From: Cyanobacteria bacterium P01_A01_bin.123
GTDB taxonomy: Bacteria; Cyanobacteriota; Cyanobacteriia; Phormidesmidales; Phormidesmidaceae
Direction of reading: 5' to 3'
Length of the DNA stretch: 64,000 bases
NCBI GenBank assembly: GCA_039815185.1
Contig: JBCBZT010000039.1
Coordinates: 8,876 to 72,875, forward strand
Shown here: positions 11,286-22,038 of the stretch, one piece after another
Position numbering within the stretch: position 1 is the first letter of the stretch
Layout: every line of letters starts with the position of its first letter
Program-made: the position numbers and the translations under genes
Notes under the pieces: model-generated
Told to the model about the DNA's origin: nothing
Database searches by the model: none
Seen by the model: the letters and a program-made list of their open reading frames with translations, nothing else

Positions 11286-11935
11286 TCTCCTTGGCTATCT
11301 GGAATACCGAGGTCGTCTGCTGCTTCAAAATCTAGAAACTCTGACTCGGCTTTGGGCAACAGGTCTTGTCCAGTTTCTTCTGGGTCTTCCCGAGATTCAA
11401 CCCCCGCCCCTGTTTGACAAACAACAGGCAACCCTGCCCCTTTGAGCCCCCGTAAGATGCGTTCAGGCGTTTCAGGAAACAACACAAACAGTGGATAGGT
11501 AGCCTCTGCGGCCTCGTTGAGCAGATGGCGGTGGCGGGCAGGCATTAGCCACTCATAACCCCGATCGATCAAAATTTGGGTTTGCCGCCAGCGACTCAGC
11601 AGGGCAGAAAAATCTTCTTGGGGACGGTGGATAAATACAAACACTTCAATCCCAGTTTTGATCTTCCACTCAGGGTCACACATCAAAAGCACAACGTCAC
11701 TGGGTAAGGGCACCACCTCCCCAGCTGTGATCGGCATCCCAAGGTGGTTAGTTTGGACAGTCGGTTGCCGAACGCGAATGTTGGGTAGCGGAATTGGAAT
11801 GATGCTTTCAGACGGTCGCCGCATGCTGGGCAACAGCTCTAAATAAGAACGGTACTGCTTGAGCAACTCGATCGCGCCTCGGTAGTGGCTACAGGTGGCT
11901 AACAGCGTTTCGTATTGACTCTGTCTAACCGACAT
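11282..11935 (-). CDS. Hypothetical protein, translationally coupled to the GTPase gene
   Basis: 217-aa ORF whose stop overlaps the next start by 4 nt. Confidence 0.7.
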   Translation of the reverse strand: MSVRQSQYETLLATCSHYRGAIELLKQYRSYLELLPSMRRPSESIIPIPLPNIRVRQPTVQTNHLGMPITAGEVVPLPSDVVLLMCDPEWKIKTGIEVFVFIHRPQEDFSALLSRWRQTQILIDRGYEWLMPARHRHLLNEAAEATYPLFVLFPETPERILRGLKGAGLPVVCQTGAGVESREDPEETGQDLLPKAESEFLDFEAADDLGIPDSQGD

Positions 11936-12268
11936 AAACTTTGCAAGTGTCTACGCTTCCAGTGTTCCCCACATTGTAACGAAATGGTTCAGAGTACGGA
12001 TTGGAGCATACTCTCCCCAATGGGGGTGTTAACCCAACGGTCGATATTGGCGTTGAAATTGACCCTTTATGTAGGTTTTAGGAAAGGGACGATGGCATAA
12101 TCAAATCCTCAATTAATCAGCTCACCAACCGTATCAGCTGCAACAAAAATTAGGAGGGTTCATCTCTGCTGCATGGTAGCATCGGGCCAACGCGGTGGGA
12201 TGGTCAATCGTGCTCTCACCACAGTTCTTAAGGTCGGTCGTCAATTGCACTAAGGGTGAGGGAGTATT

Positions 12269-12700
12269 ATGCCGTCAGATAAATTTAGTGATGCGGAACG
12301 GACTTTTTTAGAAAAGGTGATGCAGAAGGCTAGCCTCCCAGACATTTATGATGCAAGGGATCTAACAATCGTTGTATTTCGCACCATGCGAGATTTGATG
12401 ACAACAGATGCTTCCGATCGCACTCAGGCTGCTTTCAAAGACGAAGAGATTGCCCAACTTTGGAAAGATGACAATCCTATCGTGGCGTTTCTGAGTCGAT
12501 TTCGCCCCCCCCTTGAAATTGATACCGAAACGTTTTTGCGCCGAATTAAGCAAGAAGGTGGGGTTCCTAAAGACGTCTCAGCTGAAGCTGTGGTGATTGC
12601 TGTATTTTCGACTGCGAGAGAAGAGCTTTCACCAGCGCAAGTTCAAGAGATTTCCAACAGTCTTCCCGATGGCCTAAAAGTCATGTGGGAGCAGATTTAG
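12269..12700 (+). CDS. DUF2267-like protein
   Basis: FLEKV...DARD...VFRTMRD and FLRRIKQE...AVF...LPDGLKVMW pattern; GGGAG RBS. Confidence 0.7.
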   Translation: MPSDKFSDAERTFLEKVMQKASLPDIYDARDLTIVVFRTMRDLMTTDASDRTQAAFKDEEIAQLWKDDNPIVAFLSRFRPPLEIDTETFLRRIKQEGGVPKDVSAEAVVIAVFSTAREELSPAQVQEISNSLPDGLKVMWEQI

Positions 12701-12725
12701 AAGCTTCTGCTCGGGTTTCAGGTGG

Positions 12726-14957
12726 TCATAATTGAGGCTCTAGCGTACAGCAGCAATGGGCTTCAAGGTGCTGTATAACCTTGGAGAAGAGTTCATCCCG
12801 TCGAAACGGCTTACCGATAAAATCATCACATCCGGCATCTAAGATTGCCTGACGTTGTTCTTGAAAGGCGCTAGCTGTAATGGCAATCACAACGGGTTTA
12901 GGCAATCGGGTTTGCTGCTTGATCTGACGAGTAGCGATATAGCCATCCATAACAGGCATACGCATATCCATCAAAATTAAGTCTGGGTGCCAGCTTTGCC
13001 ATATCTCGATGGCTTCTTGACCATTTTGGGCTTCCTTGACCACAAAGCTTGGGGCAGAGAAAATCTTGTTCAAAATCAGACGGTTAACGGCAGCGTCATC
13101 AACAACTAGAATGCGATAGGGTCGTTGCCCGGGGCGCAGTTCAGCAGTCTGGTTAAAGACAGGGGACTTGACGCTAAGGGGAGAATAGATGGGGAAAACT
13201 GGAATCGTGACGCTAAAGGTTGAACCTTGGTTGAATTGACTGCGAACTTCGATTTTTCCACCCATAAACTTGACAAGGCCATGGCTGATGGCAAGACCCA
13301 AACCATTCCCTTCAAGGGATTGTAATCCTGCTTGCGTTTGGTTGAAGGCCGTAAATAAAGCATCCATTTCTGATTTAGCAATGCCAGGGCCAGTATCGAT
13401 TACGTCAAAGGTCAGCCAATATTGTTCAGAATGCGCCAAGTCTAAATTTAGTGCCTTCAATTCAGATGATTCAGAGGACTTAGCCTGGACCTGAACCTGT
13501 CCTGACTGTGTAAATTTAACTGCATTGCCAATCAAATTAATCAGGATTTGGCTCAGCTTACCTTCATCGACCCGAATCCATTGCGGCAGTTCGAGAGACC
13601 GTTCAACAATCAGATTTATCCCTTTGGCCTCAGATTTGAGCTTAAATATATTTTCTAAATTGGTAAGCAAAGCATCCAGATCAACATTTTGCTCATTGAG
13701 GCGGGCTTGACCTGATTCAATCCTGGAGATTTCTAGAATGTCATTGATGAGTTTGAGCAGATGCTCACCGCTGCGATTAATAATGTTGACTGACTCATGG
13801 TGATCAGCAGATAGGGTTGTATCGCTTTGAATCTGCTGGGCAAACCCTAAAACTGCATTCAGCGGAGTCCGCAATTCGTGACTCATGTGGGCCAAAAATT
13901 GGCTTTTAGCACGATTCGCGGCATCAGCAGCTTCTTTCGCTTGTTGCAGTTCGTTGGCCTGCTGCTGAGTTTGATGAAGTAACGCTTCAGACTGCCCCAG
14001 CAACTGCTTCACAAAATGCATATAGTTATTAAAAGTCTGGGCCAAGGTGCCAATTTCATCTTGAGTTGTGATGGGCACGTGTAGATCGAAGTTGGCATCT
14101 CGAATCGACTGCTGTGCCGTCTGGGTCATGACTTGCATCGGACGAAGGATCATGCGGTTGAACATAATCACTAGCAACAACGCGATCGCACCAGATACCA
14201 ACGCGCTACCCACAAGACTTTGTATCTGAGTAACCAGAGCACTCCTCATCAAGGCTTCTGCTTCTGCTTGTTCTTCTTCGGTGACTTGGGCAAGGGCGAT
14301 GACTTTTTCGAGTAGGCTATCTAAGTCTGTAATAAAATCGCTTTGGTTAAGTCTCGCCATCCCTAATCTCAGCAGCTCCAAGTCCTCTGGCTGGAGATTC
14401 GCTGGATTCACTTGCTCTAGCAGCATCTCTACCCGATGCATATAGTCAGTTATCGCCGCTTCATGGTCTGCCAAAATCGCGCTCCCGATGGCGGCTTCCT
14501 TGTCAGTCACTCCAGGATGGTTGTCCTCAGCGATCGCGAGCTCATCTGAATCTGTGAAGGCCTGCCAATTTTGCTTGAACGCGCCATAATCTTTGGCAAA
14601 GTGGAGGAGTTCTGCTTCGATTTGTGGGCCGGGATCTTCCACCGTTGTGATTGCTAAGGCAGCTTCTAGCTGCTTTGACAGCTGCCGCGTGTGGAGTAAA
14701 AGCTCAACCAAACTTCCTTGCAAATTAATGATGTAGTTTAGGTCATCATTAACTTCTTCATGGATAGTGTGGGCTCTGTGCATAACCCGATTAGAGGTCA
14801 GAACCCCAATCGTGATGCCAGTCATCATGAGTACAAATGCAAACCCATATCCAGCCGACATCTTTTGACTCAAAGGCCAGTGCCCAAACCGTCTTCCCAG
14901 GCTTGTCTTAGTCAGGGCGTGCATGAATTGGCTGTAAAGGGATTTACCCATACCCAT
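12726..14957 (-). CDS. Hybrid sensor histidine kinase (TM-HAMP-HisKA-HATPase-REC)
   Basis: [36 protein letters not shown]; receiver motifs LVVDD/LMDMRMP/KP. Confidence 0.95.
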   Translation of the reverse strand: MGMGKSLYSQFMHALTKTSLGRRFGHWPLSQKMSAGYGFAFVLMMTGITIGVLTSNRVMHRAHTIHEEVNDDLNYIINLQGSLVELLLHTRQLSKQLEAALAITTVEDPGPQIEAELLHFAKDYGAFKQNWQAFTDSDELAIAEDNHPGVTDKEAAIGSAILADHEAAITDYMHRVEMLLEQVNPANLQPEDLELLRLGMARLNQSDFITDLDSLLEKVIALAQVTEEEQAEAEALMRSALVTQIQSLVGSALVSGAIALLLVIMFNRMILRPMQVMTQTAQQSIRDANFDLHVPITTQDEIGTLAQTFNNYMHFVKQLLGQSEALLHQTQQQANELQQAKEAADAANRAKSQFLAHMSHELRTPLNAVLGFAQQIQSDTTLSADHHESVNIINRSGEHLLKLINDILEISRIESGQARLNEQNVDLDALLTNLENIFKLKSEAKGINLIVERSLELPQWIRVDEGKLSQILINLIGNAVKFTQSGQVQVQAKSSESSELKALNLDLAHSEQYWLTFDVIDTGPGIAKSEMDALFTAFNQTQAGLQSLEGNGLGLAISHGLVKFMGGKIEVRSQFNQGSTFSVTIPVFPIYSPLSVKSPVFNQTAELRPGQRPYRILVVDDAAVNRLILNKIFSAPSFVVKEAQNGQEAIEIWQSWHPDLILMDMRMPVMDGYIATRQIKQQTRLPKPVVIAITASAFQEQRQAILDAGCDDFIGKPFRRDELFSKVIQHLEAHCCCTLEPQL

Positions 14958-15062
14958 TATCTAGAGTCTACATAGGATTTTCTCTATATATATTATTCAC
15001 GCTGAAACGATAAACATCGGTCTGCTTCAGCAAATCCTCATTTGGTTATGAGTTATGCCGCT

Positions 15063-15818
15063 TTAGACGGCTAGGAACTTTTGAATCACGCTGTTGCTCA
15101 ACTCACTGGTCGGGCCAGAGGCAACGATTCCCCCCTTTTGCATGGCGTAGTAGTAGTCAGCTTGACGCACAAAGTGGAGATGTTGTTCAACTAACAAGAC
15201 GGAAATCCCAGTAGTTTCGATGATGCGCCGCACGGCGGCTTCAATATCGAGAATGATAGAGGGCTGAATCCCTTCGGTGGGTTCGTCGAGCACCAGCAAT
15301 TTGGGGTTGCCCATCAGCGCCCGAGCGATCGCCAGTTGTTGCTGCTGTCCACCGCTGAGATCACCGCCCATGCGGGACAACATCGTCCTGAGCACGGGGA
15401 ACAGTTCAAAGACTTCTTCGGGAATGGTTTTGTCGTTGCCCTTGCGACCCTGGGGCCGCGCTTCCATACCCAACAGCAGGTTTTCGGCTACCGTCACGCG
15501 GGGAATGACTTCGCGGCCTTGGGGGACATAGGCAATGCCCAGTCGGGCTCGGCGATCGGGGGAAAGGGTATTGATTGAAAGCCCTTCGTATTGAATATCG
15601 CCGCTGCGCGATCGCACCAATCCCATAATATTTTTCAGCAGTGTGGTTTTGCCCACACCATTGCGACCAATCAGGCACACCATCTGCCCCTGGGGCACCC
15701 TCAAATCCACATCGCGCAGAATGTGACTTTCCCCATAGTAAAAATTGAGGCCTGAGACTTTTAGCGTCGGCACCGTGGTAGCAGTATCCATCGGCATTGC
15801 AGCAGCAGTGGCAGTCAT
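15063..15818 (-). CDS. urtE: Urea ABC transporter ATP-binding subunit UrtE
   Basis: GRNGVGKT, LSGGQQQQL, LDEPTEGIQP; last gene of the urt cluster. Confidence 0.95.
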   Translation of the reverse strand: MTATAAAMPMDTATTVPTLKVSGLNFYYGESHILRDVDLRVPQGQMVCLIGRNGVGKTTLLKNIMGLVRSRSGDIQYEGLSINTLSPDRRARLGIAYVPQGREVIPRVTVAENLLLGMEARPQGRKGNDKTIPEEVFELFPVLRTMLSRMGGDLSGGQQQQLAIARALMGNPKLLVLDEPTEGIQPSIILDIEAAVRRIIETTGISVLLVEQHLHFVRQADYYYAMQKGGIVASGPTSELSNSVIQKFLAV

Positions 15819-15822
15819 CGCA

Positions 15823-16950
15823 TTAGGAAGGGATAAAGTTCTTCAGGGCATCGGCTTCTAAACGCTGCACCGCCTCTGGAGGCAGATTCAGCAGATTCAG
15901 CAGGTATTGGTACTCCCGTGCTTCGGTAGCATTGATATCGCCAGAGCTGATGACTTCGTAGCTCAGCTTCAGTACAGTTTCTCGTTGAGCATCGGTTTTG
16001 AGCTGGGGCACCAGTTCTTCGAGCGGCAGGCGTTTGCCCAGATAGTTTTTGAGTTCTTCTCGCAAGTCAGCTTGTAAGGCTGGGTCATCGGCAAACCGCT
16101 GACTCAACCGAGTTAAAATCGCCGCTTCTTCATCAGGGGTAAATTGCTGATCAGCCCAGGCCATCGTCACTGCGATCCGCAAAATCAGCATTTGATCGGG
16201 GGTGAGGCTGGCTTCTTGCCCCAGATACACCTCAATCACGCGGGGATCGTTTTGCACTTCGTCCATGGTGCCTTCACACAGCACACTGCCTTCGTGCAGC
16301 ACGGTGACCTGGCGGGCAATTTGTCGAACAAACTCCATGTCGTGTTCAATCACAACAATGGAGTGGCTTTCGGCCAAAGCTAATAGCAGTTCGCCAGTTT
16401 GCGCTGTTTCTTCGTCGGTTAAGCCCGCAACGGGTTCATCGACCAGTAATAGATCGGGAGACTGGGCCACTAACATGCCAATTTCTAACCACTGCTTTTC
16501 CCCATGGGACAGCAACCCGGAGGGCATGTCGGCTTTGGCGCTGAGGCCAATGGTTTCTAGCAATCCGCCTATGGTACGTTTTTCGGCGGGGGGCGTTTTT
16601 GTAAACAGGGTGGTCAGGACGTTTTTGTCTCGATTACAGGAGAGTTCTAGGTTTTCACGGGGGGTGAGGTTGAGATAAACCCGGGGAGTTTGAAACTTGC
16701 GACCAATCCCTAAGCGCGCAATCTCGTGCTCTTTTTGCCGACTCAGATCTTTGCCTTTGAAACGAGCGACGCCTGTGGTCGGCTGGACTTTGCCCGTAAT
16801 CACATCTAAAAAGGTGGTTTTGCCTGCCCCGTTGGGGCCAATAATCACCCGCAGCTCGCCCTCATTCATGGAAAAGTTGAGGTTGTTGAGGGCTTTGAAG
16901 CCATCAAAGCTGACGGTAACGTTGTCGATTTCTAAAATCTTGTTGCCCAT
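15823..16950 (-). CDS. urtD: Urea ABC transporter ATP-binding subunit UrtD with ~125-aa C-terminal extension
   Basis: GPNGAGKT, GRKFQTP, LSHGEKQWLEIGM, DPRVIEVYLG, then an extra helical domain. Confidence 0.93.
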   Translation of the reverse strand: MGNKILEIDNVTVSFDGFKALNNLNFSMNEGELRVIIGPNGAGKTTFLDVITGKVQPTTGVARFKGKDLSRQKEHEIARLGIGRKFQTPRVYLNLTPRENLELSCNRDKNVLTTLFTKTPPAEKRTIGGLLETIGLSAKADMPSGLLSHGEKQWLEIGMLVAQSPDLLLVDEPVAGLTDEETAQTGELLLALAESHSIVVIEHDMEFVRQIARQVTVLHEGSVLCEGTMDEVQNDPRVIEVYLGQEASLTPDQMLILRIAVTMAWADQQFTPDEEAAILTRLSQRFADDPALQADLREELKNYLGKRLPLEELVPQLKTDAQRETVLKLSYEVISSGDINATEAREYQYLLNLLNLPPEAVQRLEADALKNFIPS

Positions 16951-16979
16951 TTTGGATTTTGGATTTTGGATTTTGGATT
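16949..16979. repeat. Heptamer tandem repeat (ATTTTGG)x4, STRR-like
   Basis: attttggattttggattttggattttggatt between urtC and urtD. Confidence 0.8.
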
Positions 16980-17001
16980 ATGAAATCCTGGGTGCAAAAA
17001 G

Positions 17002-18177
17002 CTACTTTTTATCGACCAGCGTTTGCTGCTCTTGTTGAATGTTGGGATCTAGCTCTAGGCTGGGATAGGTGGTGACAGCTTGAGGGCGGCCAGACAGCGA
17101 TCGCAGCTGGTCTTTGGCGTCATAGCGCAACCAGCCAATAATGCCGTTAGGTAAGGCAGTAACGACTAGCAAAAACAGTGCGCCTTGAAAAAATAACCAG
17201 ACCTCTGGAAATTTTTCACTCAGCAAGCTGCGGGCTAAGTTCACCAACACGGCGCCTAAAATGGCCCCGACAAGCGTGGCCCGTCCGCCCACGGCGACCC
17301 AAATTACCATCTCAATCGAAAAGGCAATATCCATGAATTGGGGTGAGACGATACCTGACTGGACGGTGTAGAGAGCACCCGCAATCCCCGCGATCGCACC
17401 CGAAACGGCAAATACCAACACCTTAAACCCAGTGGGGTCATAGCCTGAAAACCGCACCCGATTTTCATCATCACGGATGGCAATCAGCATACGGCCAAAC
17501 CGTCCGCTCGTCAGCCAGCGACAGAGGGTGTAGATCAACACCAAAAACACCACCGACAAAATATAAAATACGAACTGCATTTCGGAGCTGCCCACCTGGT
17601 TGCCAAATAGCAGCGCAGTATCCGTCTTCAGACCGTTGGTGCCGTTAATCAGTTTTTGTTGACCGTTGAAAAAGTTAAAAAAGACCACCAGGGCTGCCTG
17701 GGTCAAAATTGAGAAGTAAACCCCACGAATTCGATTGCGAAACACTAAATAGCCCAAGACCCCAGCCACAATGCTGGGAATTAGGACAACAGCCGCCAAG
17801 GTAAATGGGAAAGAAGAAAACGGATGCCAAAACCAGGGCAACTCCGTCACACCATACAGCGTAAAAAACTCGGGTAACTGCCCCGGATCAATGGAGCTGA
17901 GCTGGAGGTACATGGCAAAGCCGTACCCGCCTAGTGCAAAGAATATGCCGTGGCCCAGACTTAACAGGCCGGTAAATCCCCAAATTAGGTCAATCCCTAG
18001 GGCAACAATCCCCAAGGACAAAAAGCGGCCAATCAGCCCTAGGCGAAAGCCAGAAATCATGAGCGGCAAAATTAGCACCATCAACAGGGCGATCGCTAAC
18101 ACAATGCCTATCTCAATTAGCAGAGCATTGTTTTTTTGCGGTGCTTTCTTGGGTTTTGCAATTCGATCAGTTGCCAT
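17002..18177 (-). CDS. urtC: Urea ABC transporter permease UrtC
   Basis: DLIWGFTGLLSLGHG, GVYFSILTQA, AIRDDENRVRFSGY, SIEMVIWVAVGGR. Confidence 0.95.
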   Translation of the reverse strand: MATDRIAKPKKAPQKNNALLIEIGIVLAIALLMVLILPLMISGFRLGLIGRFLSLGIVALGIDLIWGFTGLLSLGHGIFFALGGYGFAMYLQLSSIDPGQLPEFFTLYGVTELPWFWHPFSSFPFTLAAVVLIPSIVAGVLGYLVFRNRIRGVYFSILTQAALVVFFNFFNGQQKLINGTNGLKTDTALLFGNQVGSSEMQFVFYILSVVFLVLIYTLCRWLTSGRFGRMLIAIRDDENRVRFSGYDPTGFKVLVFAVSGAIAGIAGALYTVQSGIVSPQFMDIAFSIEMVIWVAVGGRATLVGAILGAVLVNLARSLLSEKFPEVWLFFQGALFLLVVTALPNGIIGWLRYDAKDQLRSLSGRPQAVTTYPSLELDPNIQQEQQTLVDKK

Positions 18178-18258
18178 TTCTTCTGCCTAAACCTCGTCCC
18201 CATCCAGATCCATTTTTTTTCTAAACCAAAGCATTCAACTTGCCAAATTAAATGGGGT

Positions 18259-19440
18259 TTACAACTCCACAGCTCGCCCCTTCTGGGGAAAGATTCCCGC
18301 CGGACGCACCTGCAAAAACGCGATAATCAACGCAAATACCATCACCTTTGCCATGCTGGTCGTGGCAAAAAAGGTGAAAAAGTCGACGACGGGTTTGAGC
18401 GCTTCCATGGGCATCAACATCAACGATAGAGTACCGGAACCGACCAAATAGGTGACAATGCCAATCACCAAGGCAGCCACAATGCTGCCCACGAGTTTGC
18501 CAACCCCACCCACAACGACGACCATAAAGGCATCCACGATGTAGTTACCGCCTAAGTTAGGGCCAACAGACCCCAATAGGGTCACAGCGCATCCGGCAAT
18601 GCCGGCCAATCCTGAGCCGAGAGCAAAGGTGAGGGCATCGACCCGATCAGTGGGGATACCCAGGCAAGCACTCATGCCGCGATTTTGAGTCACTGCCCGT
18701 ATCCGCAGACCCCAGCTTGACTTCTGCAAAAACCAGTACAAGCTCACCATACATACCACCGTCAAACCAATGATGAACAGGCGTGCGTAGGGAAATTGCA
18801 GCGTTGAGCCCAAGGCTAAACCGCCGCGTAGCCAACTGGGAGCAGTCACATCTACGTTGCGGGCACCGAACCAAAGTTTTGATATCGCATCTCCGGCATT
18901 TTGATTTAGCAAAACACCAATGACTAAGGCGATCGCCCCAGACAAAGAGACTAAAATCGCCGTCGCCAGGGTTTGAATCTGCGACCAGTCAGTAAAGCGC
19001 CTGAGTACCCAGCGCCCACCAAAATAGAGCACGCAAAAGAGGACAAGCCCAACCACCATGGCCCAGTTCACGCTGCGAACAAACTGACGCAAAATTAAGC
19101 TCACACCCCAGGTTGCCAGCAGCGTTTCTAAAGGTCGTCCGTAAAGATAGCGAATCACACTGCGTTCTAAAGCAATACCCACCAGCGCCGCCACCAGAAA
19201 CGAGAGGGGCAGGGCTGCAAAAATATAAAAATCCAGGGCTGATTCTCCCAAGGCTTTGAAGCCATTTTGCACCACATAGGTGGTGTAAGCCCCCAACATC
19301 ATCATTTCCCCATGGGCCATGTTGATGACGCCCATTAACCCAAACACAATCGCCAGCCCCAAGGCCACAATTAACAGCACCGCACCAATGCTAATGCCGT
19401 TAAAGAGCCCTCCAACTAAGCCCTCTATCACAGCGGTCAC
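18259..19440 (-). CDS. urtB: Urea ABC transporter permease UrtB
   Basis: FGLMGVINMAHGE, YLYGRPLETLLATWG, RPAGIFPQKGR. Confidence 0.95.
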   Translation of the reverse strand: MTAVIEGLVGGLFNGISIGAVLLIVALGLAIVFGLMGVINMAHGEMMMLGAYTTYVVQNGFKALGESALDFYIFAALPLSFLVAALVGIALERSVIRYLYGRPLETLLATWGVSLILRQFVRSVNWAMVVGLVLFCVLYFGGRWVLRRFTDWSQIQTLATAILVSLSGAIALVIGVLLNQNAGDAISKLWFGARNVDVTAPSWLRGGLALGSTLQFPYARLFIIGLTVVCMVSLYWFLQKSSWGLRIRAVTQNRGMSACLGIPTDRVDALTFALGSGLAGIAGCAVTLLGSVGPNLGGNYIVDAFMVVVVGGVGKLVGSIVAALVIGIVTYLVGSGTLSLMLMPMEALKPVVDFFTFFATTSMAKVMVFALIIAFLQVRPAGIFPQKGRAVEL

Positions 19441-19695
19441 CTACATACACACAATGTTTATTTTTGAAGGCAGATAAGCCTGTTCATACCATCAAGTCCG
19501 TTTAATCCATCAATGGTATTGGAGTCAAGTGACCCAAAACTGTTCACTTCAAACTCGATTAGAGCCGCAATAACGCCAGTGTTGACTTGTCAGGTCAAGG
19601 GTGATTCACATTCAGCAGTAAAGGGGATCCAAGGCGAGACCTGCCTCAAATCCCCCACCTTCGACTTAGGCTAAGGCAGTTACATTAGCCTGAGC

Positions 19696-21021
19696 TTAAG
19701 CTTCTTCGTACTTACCGCCCTTTTCAGGATCAGACCAGTCGCAGGCAAATCCGATAGTATCGGGTACGTACTGGTTCCAGGGCACCGGATCGATGGGGCC
19801 ATCAGTAGACCAAACAATCTCAAACAGACCATCATCACGCACTTCACCCATGCGCACCGTCTTGGAGATGTGGTGATTGGTATTCATCGTCACCAACCCT
19901 TCTGGTGCATCAAAGGTTTGGCCGTAAGCGGCTTCCCGCACAGCAGCCAAGTCAGTTGTTCCCGCTTGCTCTACGGCTTGCTTCCACAAATAAACCATAA
20001 TATAAGCGGCTTCCATGGGGTCATTGGTGACCCGCTCATCGCCATATTCGGTTTTGAAGTCTGCAACCCACTTCTCGTTTTCGGGGCTTTCAACCGTCTG
20101 GAAGTAGTTCCAAGCAGCGTAGTGGCCCACAAGGAACTCTTTACCGATTTGACGCACTTCTTCTTCTGCAATACTCACCGACATCACGGGGTATTTGTCT
20201 GGCCCCATGCCAGCGCCCTGAAGCTGCTTAAACAGGGCCACGTTGCTGTCACCGTTGAGACTGTTGAAGATAACGCCACCATCGGGGAGCGCTGCCTTAA
20301 TCTTGGTGATGATCGGGGTAACTTCGGAATTCCCCAGGGGTAGATAATCTTCGCCGACTGTTTCGCCACCCAGAGCCGTCAGTTGCTCTTTAATAATGGT
20401 ATTAGCGGTACGCGGGAAAACATAGTCAGAGCCCACCAGGAAGAATTGCTTCCCTTTGTTTTCCAGTAGCCATTCCACCGCAGGCTCAATCTGCTGGTTA
20501 GGAGCGGCACCCGTATAGAAAATGTTTTTAGAGCACTCTTGACCTTCGTACTGCACGGGATACCAGAGCATGTGGTCTTTTTGCTCAAACACGGGCAGGA
20601 CTGCCTTGCGGCTGGCTGAAGTCCAGCAACCGAAAACAGTAGCGACCTGATCTTGATCGATCAACTTTTCGGCTTTCTCAGCAAAGGTGGGCCAGTCAGA
20701 AGCTCCATCTTCTACGATGGCTTCTATCTGCTGGCCTAGCACACCACCCGCTTCGTTAATTTCTTTAATAGCAAGTTGTTCAGCCTCCACCACTGTGGTT
20801 TCACTAATGGCCATTGTGCCACTTAGTGAGTGGAGAATCCCCACTTTGATCGTGTCACCCCCGCCTGCGTCAGCTGCTTCTGGCGCTTCCGTCTCCTCAG
20901 CGCCAGAATCCGTTGCAGCGGTTTCATCCGTACTGCTAGTACAAGCCTTGAGCAGCATACTCGTGCCCAAAGTTGCAGAACCGTATAAAAGAAACTTCCG
21001 TCTATTGAATCGTGATGTCAT
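19696..21021 (-). CDS. urtA: Urea ABC transporter substrate-binding protein UrtA
   Basis: Twin-Arg/lipoprotein leader (RRKFL...LKAC), [30 protein letters not shown]. Confidence 0.96.
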   Translation of the reverse strand: MTSRFNRRKFLLYGSATLGTSMLLKACTSSTDETAATDSGAEETEAPEAADAGGGDTIKVGILHSLSGTMAISETTVVEAEQLAIKEINEAGGVLGQQIEAIVEDGASDWPTFAEKAEKLIDQDQVATVFGCWTSASRKAVLPVFEQKDHMLWYPVQYEGQECSKNIFYTGAAPNQQIEPAVEWLLENKGKQFFLVGSDYVFPRTANTIIKEQLTALGGETVGEDYLPLGNSEVTPIITKIKAALPDGGVIFNSLNGDSNVALFKQLQGAGMGPDKYPVMSVSIAEEEVRQIGKEFLVGHYAAWNYFQTVESPENEKWVADFKTEYGDERVTNDPMEAAYIMVYLWKQAVEQAGTTDLAAVREAAYGQTFDAPEGLVTMNTNHHISKTVRMGEVRDDGLFEIVWSTDGPIDPVPWNQYVPDTIGFACDWSDPEKGGKYEEA

Positions 21022-21151
21022 TGAATTCTCTCACTCCCAAGTCAAGCCACTATCGTATTTGCGTTCAAACCATAGGCCCATCCAAAGCCGCAAATCTTCC
21101 CGAGTAAAAACTCAGTTTTTTTTAACTCAGATGTAGTCTAGATGCACAGCG

Positions 21152-21193
21152 ATATTAGGGTTAGGGTACAACAAGAATTGTGCTCAACTATAC
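21152..21193 (-). promoter_or_regulatory. NtcA-activated promoter of urtA (putative)
   Basis: Minus strand GTA-tagttgag-CAC (one mismatch to GTA-N8-TAC), a 22-nt spacer, then TAATAT (TAN3T). Confidence 0.75.
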
Positions 21194-21271
21194 ATTTTTG
21201 CCTCAATAGCGGTTTTTTGACAACAAATCTTAGCTCTGAGCCTCTGTGAATATGCTGAAACGAGGGCACAT

Positions 21272-21892
21272 CTAAATTACTGGGGTCGATTCCACAAATC
21301 CGTGAAATTGAATAAAGTCGGTAATGGTGTCTAGGCCCTGTTGGGTTTTGAGGTTGGTAAAGACAAAAGGCTTGTCGCCGCGCATTTTGCGAGCATCCCG
21401 CTCCATCACCGACAGATCTGCGCCGACTAGGGGGGCGAGGTCGATTTTGTTGATAATCAACAGATCAGATTTGGTGATGCCGGGGCCGCCCTTGCGGGGA
21501 ATTTTCTCTCCAGCGGCAACATCAATCACGTAGAGGGTGAGATCGACCAGTTCTGGGCTAAAAGTAGAGGCCAGGTTATCTCCTCCGCTTTCCACAAAGA
21601 TGACATCAAGGGCGGTGAGGCGGGCTTCTAATTCCTCAATGGCTACCAAGTTAATAGAGGCGTCTTCTCGAATCGCCGTGTGAGGACAGCCGCCGGTTTC
21701 AACGCCAATGATGCGATCGCGCTCTAATGCCTCACTCCGCACCAAAAATTGGGCATCTTCTTGGGTATAAATATCGTTGGTGACCACTGCGATCTGATAG
21801 CGATCGCGCATTGCTTTACACAACGCATCGACTAACGCAGTTTTGCCCGATCCCACTGGCCCCGCAATACCAACGCGAAAAGGAGAGACCAT
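21272..21892 (-). CDS. ureG: Urease accessory GTPase UreG
   Basis: [26 protein letters not shown]; start moved to MVSPFRVG because the longer ORF begins inside a repeat. Confidence 0.96.
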   Translation of the reverse strand: MVSPFRVGIAGPVGSGKTALVDALCKAMRDRYQIAVVTNDIYTQEDAQFLVRSEALERDRIIGVETGGCPHTAIREDASINLVAIEELEARLTALDVIFVESGGDNLASTFSPELVDLTLYVIDVAAGEKIPRKGGPGITKSDLLIINKIDLAPLVGADLSVMERDARKMRGDKPFVFTNLKTQQGLDTITDFIQFHGFVESTPVI

Positions 21893-21925
21893 AGATGTCT
21901 TGGTTCCAATCATTATGCCTGCCAG

Positions 21926-22030
21926 TATAGCCGTAGCCACAAAACTTTGTGCGCTACGGCGAGCCAGATTGCTTGTGTGTTGAGCATCCCAGCGATACTC
22001 GGTGCATTAAGCAATCTGGCCAGCGCTATA
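21926..22030 (-). repeat. ~105-bp dispersed double-hairpin repeat, copy 2
   Basis: Reverse complement of the copies at 8604 and 29861; lies between ureF and ureG. Confidence 0.9.
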
Positions 22031-22038
22031 TAAACTTG

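Noticed and set aside
21893..21940. N-terminal extension of UreG in the ORF track
   Set aside because: It starts inside the 105-bp repeat; UreG similarity begins at MVSPFRVG.
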